Notes: a model not told the origin generated them from the sequence alone. Shown: positions 39,914 through 51,508, numbered from the whole stretch's first letter. The stretch is 63,980 bases of DNA, filler included, from Octopus bimaculoides (GCF_001194135.2; 3 parts of 3 records of this genome joined end to end with filler, not necessarily neighbours in it); one strand, 5' to 3'. Made by a program: numbers and translations.

Positions 39914-41849
39914 NNNNNNNNNNNNNNNNNNNNNNNNNNNNNNNNNNNNNNNNNNNNNNNNNNNNNNNNNNNNNNNNNNNNNNNNNNNNNNNNNNNNNNN
40001 NNNNNNNNNNNNNNNNNNNNNNNNNNNNNNNNNNNNNNNNNNNNNNNNNNNNNNNNNNNNNNNNNNNNNNNNNNNNNNNNNNNNNNNNNNNNNNNNNNNN
40101 NNNNNNNNNNNNNNNNNNNNNNNNNNNNNNNNNNNNNNNNNNNNNNNNNNNNNNNNNNNNNNNNNNNNNNNNNNNNNNNNNNNNNNNNNNNNNNNNNNNN
40201 NNNNNNNNNNNNNNNNNNNNNNNNNNNNNNNNNNNNNNNNNNNNNNNNNNNNNNNNNNNNNNNNNNNNNNNNNNNNNNNNNNNNNNNNNNNNNNNNNNNN
40301 NNNNNNNNNNNNNNNNNNNNNNNNNNNNNNNNNNNNNNNNNNNNNNNNNNNNNNNNNNNNNNNNNNNNNNNNNNNNNNNNNNNNNNNNNNNNNNNNNNNN
40401 NNNNNNNNNNNNNNNNNNNNNNNNNNNNNNNNNNNNNNNNNNNNNNNNNNNNNNNNNNNNNNNNNNNNNNNNNNNNNNNNNNNNNNNNNNNNNNNNNNNN
40501 NNNNNNNNNNNNNNNNNNNNNNNNNNNNNNNNNNNNNNNNNNNNNNNNNNNNNNNNNNNNNNNNNNNNNNNNNNNNNNNNNNNNNNNNNNATTTCATCAA
40601 TATAATTTTCTTCATGTTTTTTGACAGTATTTATTCTTAAATATTACTGCAACGATCTTTGCGTCTTTAATGAAGTATTAAAATTTTTCTATTCATACTT
40701 TTTGCTTTTATGCTTATTTATTTTGAAGGCAGGTTTCTTTATTATACGTTCAAGTTACTTTTCTTTCCTCCATTAAATAAAGAGTTCTAAAGTTCACTAT
40801 TTCACATTGTATTTAATGACATTTCATAAAATTTTTATTTTCATCAACTTCGAAAATTTGAAAAAGTATGTATGCATAGTGCAGATGTGAGTTCCAATTT
40901 ATCAAAATAGTCTCCTGACTCAAACGTCAGAACTCCCCCATTGCATATGAATTTGTATAAAACTGAAGCTTTTATTGTTTTGGATCTTTTCGGTTGTTAC
41001 AGATTTTTTTTTCAATATTGCTCCAGTTAATTTCCAATTTGATAGACCGATTTAGTTTTGTATGCTTATAATGAAATGGAAAAAAATATAAGTTAATATC
41101 TTTTAAAGCTTGCAAATTTTGGGTAGTATTAGCCAATTGAAAGCCACCATTATACACAAGACCGAAAACTTTTCCATGGAAGTGGTAGTCTGTTCGGTTT
41201 ACATGGTAATATGGACGCTGTGCTGTGCCACTTTCACCACTGCGACCACCACCAGAATTTTTGACAAGAATCATTTTGTGACAGACAGCTATCACATAGA
41301 AAACACCAATTTCCAACTCTTGTTTTCTGATTGGCTTGAAATGATCAAACTTTGAACCTCTCTTACATTTTCCTAAAGTTTTTTCTGGAGTAAATGAATC
41401 TCAAATTCTGAATCAACGTGAAAAATTACATCAATATAATAAATTAAAAATTTTTTTAGTTTGTGACAGCAACCAAAAATAATACATCAAGTCAACGAGG
41501 GGAATTCTTTGGCATGCATGCGGAACCGTTTTCGGGAAGCGGGGCACGCGAGACATGACTCATCAGCAGACGAGCCATATTGTTAAAAAAGAAAAAAGGA
41601 AGGTAATTTTTTGTTAGGCGTGTCACTTAGAAACTCCCGCAGCCCTCAGGTTGCGGGAGTTTCTGCTCTACCTTGTAATTCGACCTGATAGACATAACAA
41701 CCAAATCGCCATCTAATATGACTTTACCTTCTTATACGTAAGTGCACGTTGGATAATTTTGTCCCAGATATTCTTAAAGGGGCAGGATGGTCGTGGTTAG
41801 AATGCTTTCAGTTATAGTTTTTCTGAATCAAGTTTCACCTGGGATTAAA

Positions 41850-42500
41850 CAAAAACACTAATGTAATCTGTATGAAACTCCATATTTTTCTAAACATGCA
41901 GTCAAAGCATCGAATATATTTTTACGCTTATTGTATTCTTGAAATTTTATTGAAACACAAAAATTGGTTTATAATTTCAGATCTTTGAATGTTATAAATG
42001 AATGATAGCAGTTGTGATTTGTCACTAATGCAGGTTGACTCGTCAACTTGTAAAAGCAAAATTCAATTTCTTTAGTTCAATCACAACACACTCCTTGATG
42101 TCACAATGCATTTCAGTTATTCTCCTTCCGTTTATATTCTCGGACAGTGGAATTTTGATAACTTCTTGTTCAACTTCATTATCAAACATTGTTTTCAAAA
42201 TCAAGCGACATGCTGACCAAATACCTGACTCCGCCATTTGATCTACCATGGTTTCTGCTACCCAACAACAACCAATATGAACTTTGTTCGATCGAAACTT
42301 TTACTCCTTTTTTTTCTTTTTGGAAAACGACTTGCTTGTTTTGTTCGTTGCATGTTTGGTTTCGCGCTTGAACGTCTTTTCAATGTATCGGGAACCATGG
42401 AATCGTTACCAAGCTTTCTCTTTTTTGTCACAAACACATAGTGATATAGGTCAGCTTTTCTCTGGCCGACATTATTAATAGAAATTTCATTTGGTTTTGA
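41850..42500 (-). pseudogene. hAT (Buster/Charlie-like) transposase remnant
   Basis: KLGNDSMVPDTLKR, IKIPLSEN..RRITEM..DIKE, frameshifted FALQVDEST..SQLLSF. Confidence 0.8.
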
Positions 42501-42994
42501 TATAACCTCGGTCGAACTAGGCCTACTCAGCAGAACAAGAACTTGTCATGCAGTTAATGTCATCAGTTTAATAATTATCAACATCTGTATATTCTGACTG
42601 CATGCACTACCTTTTGTTGAAGAAATAAGTTAGTGGAGAACATTCTTTTCACGTCAAATGAATTACTAAGTTTATTAGAAAACTTTTGAAATAGAGAATC
42701 AATATCATTGCAAATGTTATTTCCGCTGAATTGAGCTCATTGTCAAATTGTAAGTTTGGACTTAGTTACTTCTTTTAATAACATTTTAAATAAAAATAAA
42801 ATCTAGTGTGTTAAACAAGCAAAACAAGATCACGAGAAACATCACAACAAGCCTATTTAGTGTTGAAACTCGAAACACGTCAGCGATACTTATAGGATAT
42901 GCTCAACGCCTTCGTTTATTTTCGCTGTTTTATAAATGTGAAGTGCTGTGGCTGTAATTGAGATCAAAAGGTTGTTTATTTAAGAACTGCTTTA

Positions 42995-43210
42995 TATCTT
43001 TTATCGTTTACTGGTTTCATTCTCTGACTACAGTCATGCTGGAGCACCGCCTTGGAGTGTTTAGTTGAACAAATCAACCCCCGTACTTATTTTTTTAAGT
43101 CTGGTATTTATTCTATCGATTCTCTTTTGCCGATCCCTTAAGTTACGGGAATGCAAATATACCAGCAACGGTTGTCGAGCGGTGGGAAGCGGAGGCAAAC
43201 ACAAACACAA
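42995..43210 (-). mobile_element. SINE family A, 3' half (another near 45560-45752)
   Basis: catgctggagcaccgcc...taagttacggg...ggttgtcgagcg. Confidence 0.7.
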
Positions 43211-43875
43211 ATATGCACATACGCGCACGCACGCACACACGTACACTCACAATAAATTCATTCACGAGGCATTAAGGCATTGGTCGGCGTTGGACCATAG
43301 TTGAAGACACCGCACAGTGGGACTGAAGTCGAAACCAAAGCAAATGTTGTGCCGAGTGGGCATTCACAACAGTGATATACCATGAAACACCAGAGAGCAA
43401 TAACACTGCAGTGCCTCATGAGGCACTGCTTCAGAACCACTTGACAACAATGCAAATGGGAAAAGCTATATTCTACAACGGAGAACGCTTATCAATTACT
43501 TGGAATTACCTAGAGAAAGCAATTATTTAAGGCTATTATTGAAATAATGGCTCACCAGCTGCACATCACCGACTAATTAATCATTCATCCAATGACGATG
43601 AGATTCGAGAAACTTCGAGAAACCTGAATCGCCTTTTCAATGATGATTTACTGCATAGCTACTCGAAGTTTCACGCAAGATGTTCGCTCAGGCTATCCGA
43701 AAATGATTTTGTGTATGTGTATGTGTATGTACATATGTGTGTGTGTATGTACATATGTGTGTGTGTGTATGTATGTGTGTGTATGTATGTGTGTATATGT
43801 ATATGTGATATACTTTTCGTAATGAGATAAAAAAACCCAAGGCTGTGTATAATATAGAACATTTATAAATCAAAT

Positions 43876-43923
43876 GTCTTACAGCTGTTTCCAGGATATT
43901 TATTATATCCCTTCATCGGAGAC
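43876..43923 (-). ncRNA. Minimal hammerhead-like motif with self-complementary stem III
   Basis: GUCU CCGAUGA A GGGAUAU AAUAA AUAUCCU G GAA ACAGCUGU A^AGAC. Confidence 0.55.
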
Positions 43924-44076
43924 GGTGTGATATATATATACACACACACACACACAATGCGATATAATAGTAAATTAATATATTATGATATATTAAATAC
44001 ATTATAATATAGGTGGCTATAGCAAAAAGGCAAAATTCATAAATAAGGATGCAAAATAGCACCTGCAATTGCTAGA

Positions 44077-44492
44077 AATAAGAGCTGAATATTATAACTC
44101 GAATAGCCACACAAAATCATCAACCTCATGATATATCCAGGGACTGCAGGCGGCGAGTCACAACATCTTTCTTCGGCGAGATAAACTCACAAAATGAAGT
44201 AGTTTGATAAAACCCTATCACGTGATTTCGAAATTTAAGCGACATGGTCTTCTTTCTCCTCAGGGGTTTCCACAATCTACTTCGGGTTAAAGAGATAGCT
44301 TAATTCCCATTTGCTCAAACAAGACCATGATGGTTAAATTTCGAAATCACGTAATAGGGTTTTATCAAACTACTTAATTTTGTAAGTTTATCTCACCGAA
44401 GAAAGATATGGCTTGCTGCTCGCAGTCCCTGAATATCACATGAGGTTGGTGATTTTGTGTGGCTATGCGAGTTATATTTTTTAGCTCTTATT
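44077..44492. mobile_element. Foldback/MITE-like element, about 175-bp imperfect inverted arms around a 69-bp spacer
   Basis: 44077-44251 is the imperfect reverse complement of 44321-44492; no TSD found. Confidence 0.75.
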
Positions 44493-44501
44493 ATATAGAT
44501 A

Positions 44502-44870
44502 TATGTATGCAGTGTCTGTGCAAGACCGTGCCTCAGTAAAACTGGGCTTATGAGTCATCTTCGTAGTCATAAAGCAAGACCGATGGTTGACTACCAGGCC
44601 GCTGGTGATGATGCTACACACCATACTAATCATGTCTGTCGGGCATGTGGAAGGGAGTGTGATTCAGCAGGAGGACTTAAACGACACGCAAAGGTACATG
44701 GAGCCCAATTACAACAACAGCCAGCTATTGCCAGTAAAGGTTTTGGATGCCAACTCTGTGCAAGACATTGTAGATCTTTGGCTGGGCTAAAAAGTCACAT
44801 TCGATCACAGCACCGTTAAGTTAAGCTTCGTGCAATGGCCATACTCGATAACGAGGGGGCAGCCATCATG
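44502..44870 (+). mobile_element. RTE-type LINE 3' end encoding three C2H2 fingers, plus 3' UTR
   Basis: CSVC..GLMSHLRSH, CRAC..GLKRHAKVH, CQLC..GLKSHIRSQH-R-stop (44819); UTR ends cgagggggcagccatcat before (TATG)-like repeats. Confidence 0.6.
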
Positions 44871-44954
44871 TATGCATGTATATACATCCGTCAAATGTAA
44901 ATAATATAAATATGTGTGTATGTATGTGTGTGTGTGTGCGTATGTGTATGTATG

Positions 44955-44985
<31 letters not shown>

Positions 44986-45491
44986 GGAGACCTTGATGCA
45001 CCCACTCTCTTTGCAATATACCTTGCTGTTGTGTTGTCACACAGAGTGTACAGCTTTCGTTGTTTACAACGTCTTGAGGAATCATGTGTAGACGACAGAT
45101 GCTAAAAAGCACAGATAATATTGGTTGACGGTACTTCGTCAACACCGGCCGATAGCAAAATTGCATCACGTAATTTCATCGTATTTCAGATCATCAGCAA
45201 CAGAGAGCCAAACACCGAATGCTAGATCGAAAATCAAACAGGCTGTTGATAGAGAAATATTAAATCATTTTCTGATTAATAGTTTTATGGAGTCTTTTAT
45301 CTGTTGTCTTTCTTTGATGCCTCTTAAGTTTAGTGGTAACGGTATAGACAGCCATAAAACTTAATGACCCATATATATTATCTATTCGTATTGGCACACA
45401 GACTTATATATACACATATATACACACATATACATAGAGACTCACTTACACATAAAGATACACACGTACACACAACACACACACACACACA

Positions 45492-45540
<49 letters not shown>

Positions 45541-46529
45541 ACTTTTTTATTTTTTACCTTATTTTGTTTCAGTTAGTGGTCTTTAGCCATGCTGATACAC
45601 CGCACCGCCTTCAACGGTTTTAGTCAAACGAGTCGACCACAGTACTTAATTTTTTAAACCAGGTACATATTCCATCGGTCTCTTATACCGAAACGCTCAG
45701 TTATACGGAGACGTAAACAAACACCATTTGTCTGGTGGCGTTGGGTGACTCANNNNNNNNNNNNNNNNNNNNNNNNNNNNNNNNNNNNNNNNNNNNNNNN
45801 NNNNNNNNNNNNNNNNNNNNNNNNNNNNNNNNNNNNNNNNNNNNNNNNNNNNNNNNNNNNNNNNNNNNNNNNNNNNNNNNNNNNNNNNNNNNNNNNNNNN
45901 NNNNNNNNNNNNNNNNNNNNNNNNNNNNNNNNNNNNNNNNNNNNNNNNNNNNNNNNNNNNNNNNNNNNNNNNNNNNNNNNNNNNNNNNNNNNNNNNNNNN
46001 NNNNNNNNNNNNNNNNNNNNNNNNNNNNNNNNNNNNNNNNNNNNNNNNNNNNNNNNNNNNNNNNNNNNNNNNNNNNNNNNNNNNNNNNNNNNNNNNNNNN
46101 NNNNNNNNNNNNNNNNNNNNNNNNNNNNNNNNNNNNNNNNNNNNNNNNNNNNNNNNNNNNNNNNNNNNNNNNNNNNNNNNNNNNNNNNNNNNNNNNNNNN
46201 NNNNNNNNNNNNNNNNNNNNNNNNNNNNNNNNNNNNNNNNNNNNNNNNNNNNNNNNNNNNNNNNNNNNNNNNNNNNNNNNNNNNNNNNNNNNNNNNNNNN
46301 NNNNNNNNNNNNNNNNNNNNNNNNNNNNNNNNNNNNNNNNNNNNNNNNNNNNNNNNNNNNNNNNNNNNNNNNNNNNNNNNNNNNNNNNNNNNNNNNNNNN
46401 NNNNNNNNNNNNNNNNNNNNNNNNNNNNNNNNNNNNNNNNNNNNNNNNNNNNNNNNNNNNNNNNNNNNNNNNNNNNNNNNNNNNNNNNNNNNNNNNNNNN
46501 NNNNNNNNNNNNNNNNNNNNNNNNNNNNN

Positions 46530-46583
<54 letters not shown>

Positions 46584-47565
46584 CATATTCATACATTAAG
46601 AAAATAATGTTTACAGGATATCACACACTTGCTTCTACAGTTAATCTTTTTTATCTGCAAAAAGTATTTTAAATTCTTCCGTTGTAAAAAGCCTACAATC
46701 TTTTTGTTTGCTTTTAATATTTCCAGTGTATGCAGCTGCTGTTGCAATGATATTCTATTGCAGTCTAAAATCAGTATTCTTAGACTTTAGACCCCATTCA
46801 CATTCTGGTACCGGAGTTGTGTTACATTTTCTGCCATTTGAAGAATGCCTATGCATGGTATAGCGCGGCACTTAGAAATATTTGATGTAGAAAGTGATGT
46901 AATATCCATTGTTATGAAGCATTATTAAATTACTTTTGTGTATTAAATTGCTTATAAGGTCATAGTTACAGGTGTGTGAGTTTTGGGCTGAGAATTCAAG
47001 GGGCTTTAGATAAATTCAGTTTTTCCTATCCTTAATTACATTCTTTTGTTCCTGGGTGTCAATGTTTTTATTGCGAGCGTTAGCGACTATGTTTATTACA
47101 AGAGTGTATATACTACTTTACAGGTCATATTTGAGAAAAATTATGAAGTTTCAATATAAACAAAATTTGTAAAATTTATCAAATAACAAAATTTTAAATA
47201 TTAATTGATTTTAAATTAGCTTTATTATCACGAAATTTATTATGAATATTTAAAAACTGATCGTTCAACAATTTTTGAACAAAAACGTATAAAAAATAAA
47301 CATTAAAATTTTATTTTTCGAAGATGATCTGTTTTCTGCCATTAACGCAAAAAATATCAGTGTTTCTTAATTGCATATTTATTCTCTGTTATTCTATTTC
47401 ACAAAAACAAAATATTTTGTGTGTTCAATGAAGCAATCATCCATAATCATACATTATTTTTTCTATGACACGCATACCAAAGAACCCGAAAATTTGGTCA
47501 TTTCTAAAAATGAATACTTTTTTGAGCACAAAAACAAAACAGTAAAATAACAAAATATAATACAT

Positions 47566-47803
47566 TACTCTTTACTCTTTTACTTGTTTCAGTCATTTGA
47601 CTGCGGCCATGCTGGAGCACCGCCTTTAGTCGAGCAAATCGACCCCAGGACTTATTCTTTGTAAGTCTAGTACTTATTCTATTGGTGTCTTTTGCCGAAC
47701 CGCTAAGTTACGGGGACGTAGACACACCAGCATCGGTTGTCAAGCGATGTTGGGGGGACAAACACAGACACACAAACACACACACACACATACACACACA
47801 CAC
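47566..47803 (-). mobile_element. SINE family A, 3' half, young, cut at its microsatellite by the scaffold linker
   Basis: CpG-intact; nearly identical to 32455-32665. Confidence 0.85.
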
Positions 47804-47903
47804 NNNNNNNNNNNNNNNNNNNNNNNNNNNNNNNNNNNNNNNNNNNNTTAATTAATTAANNNNNNNNNNNNNNNNNNNNNNNNNNNNNNNNNNNNNNNNN
47901 NNN
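47804..47903. other. Artificial scaffold linker: 44 N + TTAATTAATTAA + 44 N
   Basis: Identical to 19975-20074. Confidence 0.95.
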
Positions 47904-48368
47904 ATGTGCACAACTCTTCTATAATAATATTTTGTTGTATACCCAATTGAATATTAGCTAATAACCCATTTTCTATAGCGATGTTTGAACAAAAATTTAA
48001 ATAATTTTATATTTTGTTGAATTTACCTGTATTTACCTGTAATTAAAGTCACTTTGTGACAAAAATTTTGGTATAGAATTGGTTGAGAACCTTTCGTTAA
48101 TTTATCTTCCAAAAATCACATTAATATGTTGATAAATAAAAAAGTTAGAGTTGTTTAAAGAAACCAGCCTAAATTTATGATTATGTTAGAAATTAATTGA
48201 AACACATAAGGGGTGTAATTTGGTTAGAAATATGGTAACGAAAGGGTTAGGAGTTGAAAAATGGACATATTACTTGGGAGAATACATATATATATATTTG
48301 TGTAAATCTTAAACTCATTTTTTTTACTAATGAACATTTAATGTAACATTGCTTGAAATATTTTACAG

Positions 48369-48470
48369 ATGAAATATTTGGGGATTTTGAAGATCTTGAA
48401 ACTGGAGAAACATACAAAGGGAAAACTGAAAATGATGCTGATGAAAAAGATGATGCAAATGAGGACGAAG
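48369..48470 (+). CDS. BMS1: BMS1 internal exon (first visible), (D)EIFGDFEDLETGETYKGK...NEDE
   Basis: Acceptor ttttacAG, donor GTaatg, phase 1/1. GDFEDLETG matches the conserved BMS1 motif as I recall it. Confidence 0.9.
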
Positions 48471-48822
48471 GTAATGGCTGAAACAAAAAGCATTAATCTG
48501 TTTCTGTGATTTGAAGAAGACCATGTTTGCTGTGTTTGTGTGTGTGTAAAATCTTTATGTCTTGATGTATGTGCATGCTAATTGTCAGCAAAAGTGTGTC
48601 TGGCCATTGAACTCTTGCTGTTCAGAAAATATTACCTAACTTGAGGTTTAGTTATATTCTCTTGGAGAAAAATCTTTTTGAATCTGCTTGAACAAGTTTT
48701 GTCTGACCAATGCAAGCATGGAAAAGTATATGTTAGAATGATATAGTAGTGGCATTATAATTTTGGATTCCATCTTCAGAATTTTCTGAAAGTTTTGACT
48801 GTTTTGCAAAAATTTGTTTCAG

Positions 48823-48959
48823 ATGATTCCAAAACAGCTGAAGAAAAACGAATGGAGAATAAACTGAAATTGAAACAAATGTTTGATAAAAGTTACGACA
48901 ATAAAGGTGATGATGAGTTTTATGAAACGTGGAAAAGCGAGGCAGAATCACAGGCAAAG
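48823..48959 (+). CDS. BMS1: BMS1 exon, DDSKTAEEKRMENKLKLKQMFDKSYD...ESQAK
   Basis: tttcAG / GTaagg. In frame with flanking exons; KLKxMFDxxYD motif. Confidence 0.93.
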
Positions 48960-49036
48960 GTAAGGAAAATAGTTTATGTGGTCAACGTTTTATGTTTTAA
49001 TGCATGAATCTCTTTGTTGGAACAATAATACTGTAT

Positions 49037-49260
49037 TACAAATATACTCCAATAACACTGTACTGTACTCCAGTAATACTGTACTCTACCTCAATAATAC
49101 TGCACTCCAATAATATTGTATTGTACTTCAATAATACTACTACACACCAATAATAATGCACTCTAATAACATTGTACTGTACTCCAATAATACTGCATTG
49201 TATTCCAATAAAACTGTAATGTACTTCAATTCTAATGGACTGCACTCTAATAACTGTATT
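49037..49260. repeat. Degenerate minisatellite (tccaataatactgcac-like units) in a BMS1 intron
   Basis: Repeated ccaataa / tactgta units; resumes near 49466 after a SINE insertion. Confidence 0.75.
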
Positions 49261-49460
49261 CATCATCATCATCGTTTAACGTCCGCTTTCCATGCTAGCA
49301 TGGGTTGGACGATTTGACTGAGGACTGGTGGAACCTGAAGGCTACGCCAGGTTCCAATCTGATTTGGCAGAGTTTCTACAGCTGGATGCCCTTCCTAACG
49401 CCAACCACTCCGAGAGTGTAGTGGGTGCTTTTACGTGTCACCCGCACAAAGGCCAGTCAG
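49261..49460 (-). mobile_element. SINE family D1 with (GAT)n tail, young and CpG-intact
   Basis: Nearly identical to 63139-63330. Confidence 0.8.
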
Positions 49461-49899
49461 GCAATTCCAATAACACCATATGCCACTAATACTGTACTGT
49501 ACTCCGAATCCTACTTGTTATCTTTTAGCCCCAGATTAGCTCTATTCAAACAGACTTGTGCTCAAGGGCATTCCAATTGTGACTCTCCCATCCTTTTGTG
49601 TATCCAGAACCACGGTGCTCAGTGTGTTCTTTTTTAAGATGATCATGTGATTTGAGGGAGATTGGGTTGCTATTTCTTGCAAGATCAGCTACTGCATAGA
49701 GTTTTCTTAGTAAGATTTATAAGTTGAAGTTAAAATACTAACTCTGTACCAGGGGTTTAGAAATGATTTTGGTGGTTGTCACTTCTTTACACCAACCAGC
49801 ATTGAACTTGACTTCAAAGTTGTTTTTTGTTGACTGCAATACAACTTCTATACTTCAACTTTTGTTGTTTAACTGATGTAAATATTTGTAATTGTTGTG

Positions 49900-50060
49900 C
49901 ACATAGAGATATTGTAACTTCTTTGATTCTTTCAAATTGGATCAGTGAGCACTTCTTTATCCAGCTGTCATCCTCCATATGCATGATATGTCTATACCAG
50001 TTCAGGTTTCTCTTTGCACACCACATTTGCAAATAGGCACACACGTGACTTCTGGTTTAG
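49900..50060 (-). mobile_element. LINE RT C-terminal remnant
   Basis: RNLNWYRHIMHMEDDSWIKKC resembles the RLxWYGHVxRM motif. Confidence 0.5.
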
Positions 50061-50212
50061 AAGTTTGTTTCCCTCCCAATCTTGTGGTTCACTTCCACTG
50101 CAGAGTAAACAAGTTTACCTTCTCAATTTTATCATTCTTGTTGTTATATTGTTAATAGTATTAATGATATCTTGTAAAATTTTGTACATTTGTTTTTCAT
50201 ATAAATTTGTAG

Positions 50213-50401
50213 TTAAATAAAGAAGAATTTACAAATCTCCCTGATGAAGTTCGTGTCCAGTATGAAGGCTATCGCCCTGGAATGTATCTTCGGATCGAAA
50301 TAAAGAATATGCCCTGTGAATTTATCCAGCATTTTGATCCGAGCTATCCTATTGTTATTGGTGGTATCCAGAACATCGAAGAAAATATTGGCTTTGTCAG
50401 A
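50213..50401 (+). CDS. BMS1: BMS1 exon, LNKEEF...RVQYEGYRPGMYLRIEIKNMPCEF...IGFVR
   Basis: ttgtAG / GTaagt, 63 codons. EGYRPGMYxRIEI motif of the BMS1/TSR1 C-terminal domain. Confidence 0.96.
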
Positions 50402-50696
50402 GTAAGTATGTCTTAACAAGATTATGAAGACAGGAGACATAAATAAGAGTGCATTTTGCAGCCGTTACCATCCTTAGTGTAACTTAGCATTGTTAAGATT
50501 CAAGACTACTACTATAATGTGCAGACTATTGGATGGGAAGGTGTGTGCCGGACCCTTTACATAGCTCTACCAAAAAACACTATTGGGAGAATACAGGAAA
50601 GGAGTTGGCAAACACCTTTCTTAATAAGTTATTCATAATAAATGAAGAGAAAATGGAGTTGTCTAGCTTTGGTAAATTGATCATCAATAAGACTCA

Positions 50697-50851
50697 GTTG
50701 TGGCTGTGTGGTAAGAAGTTTACTTCCCATCCACATGGTTCTGGGTTCAGTTCCACTGTGTAGCACCTTGGGCAAATGTCTTCTGCTATACCCTCGGGCT
50801 GACCAAAACCATGAGTGGATTTAGTAGATGGAAACTGAAAGAAATCCATCA
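50697..50851 (+). mobile_element. SINE family A, 5' half, CpG-decayed (others near 55340, 58270, 58920, 59440, 60130)
   Basis: Aligns with 25818-25975, with CG changed to TG/CA. Confidence 0.75.
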
Positions 50852-51327
50852 GCTAAGCCTGGTTTCACCCGCTCGGTTTGGATGATGTGGCTGTTAAAAC
50901 CTGCTCTGTGTAAGCATTCGACTTGTTTGTGGTACGCTTACGTTAAAAAACAATTTTAGAATGACTTTTTTCTGTCAAAACGCTAAGAATAACTGACCAA
51001 AAAAAACAAAAAAAAACAACCAAGATTCAACCAAATTAGAAAATAAACCCAAATGCTAAGTGAACAAAGATGAACCATCCCACTTCCATTGCACACACAC
51101 ACACACACACACACACACACCATACATACATATATGACAAGCTTCTTTCAGTTTCCATCTACTAAACCCACTCACAAGGCTTTGGTTGGGTAGAACTGTT
51201 TGAGGACTTAATTTCTATGGAAGATTAATTCTATTAACAATGTCATTGCATCAAAATTTTTTATTCTTATGTGCTGGTAAAATATCCAAATAAATAACAT
51301 GTGTTTCTTTTTTTGTTTTGTATTTAG

Positions 51328-51508
51328 GCTCGCTTTAAGAAACATCGTTGGTATAAAAAAATCTTAAAATCCAGAAACCCTGTGATTATGTCTGTTGGTT
51401 GGCGAAGATTCCAGACACTTCCAGCTTATTATATCCAAGACCATAACTTTAGGAATCGTCTTTTGAAATACACACCAGAACACCTACATTGTAACACTAT
51501 GTTTTGGG
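51328..51508 (+). CDS. BMS1: BMS1 exon, [18 protein letters not shown]...GWRRFQT...[11 protein letters not shown]...FWG
   Basis: tttAG / GTaagt. [21 protein letters not shown] and LKYTP motifs are characteristic of BMS1. Confidence 0.97.

Noticed and set aside
41505-41580. CUGAUGAG...GAAA on the minus strand as a hammerhead
   Set aside because: No convincing stem II or stem I.
867-46607. Long ORFs of YI, HT, CV, SL or X runs
   Set aside because: Translations of dinucleotide repeats and N gaps.
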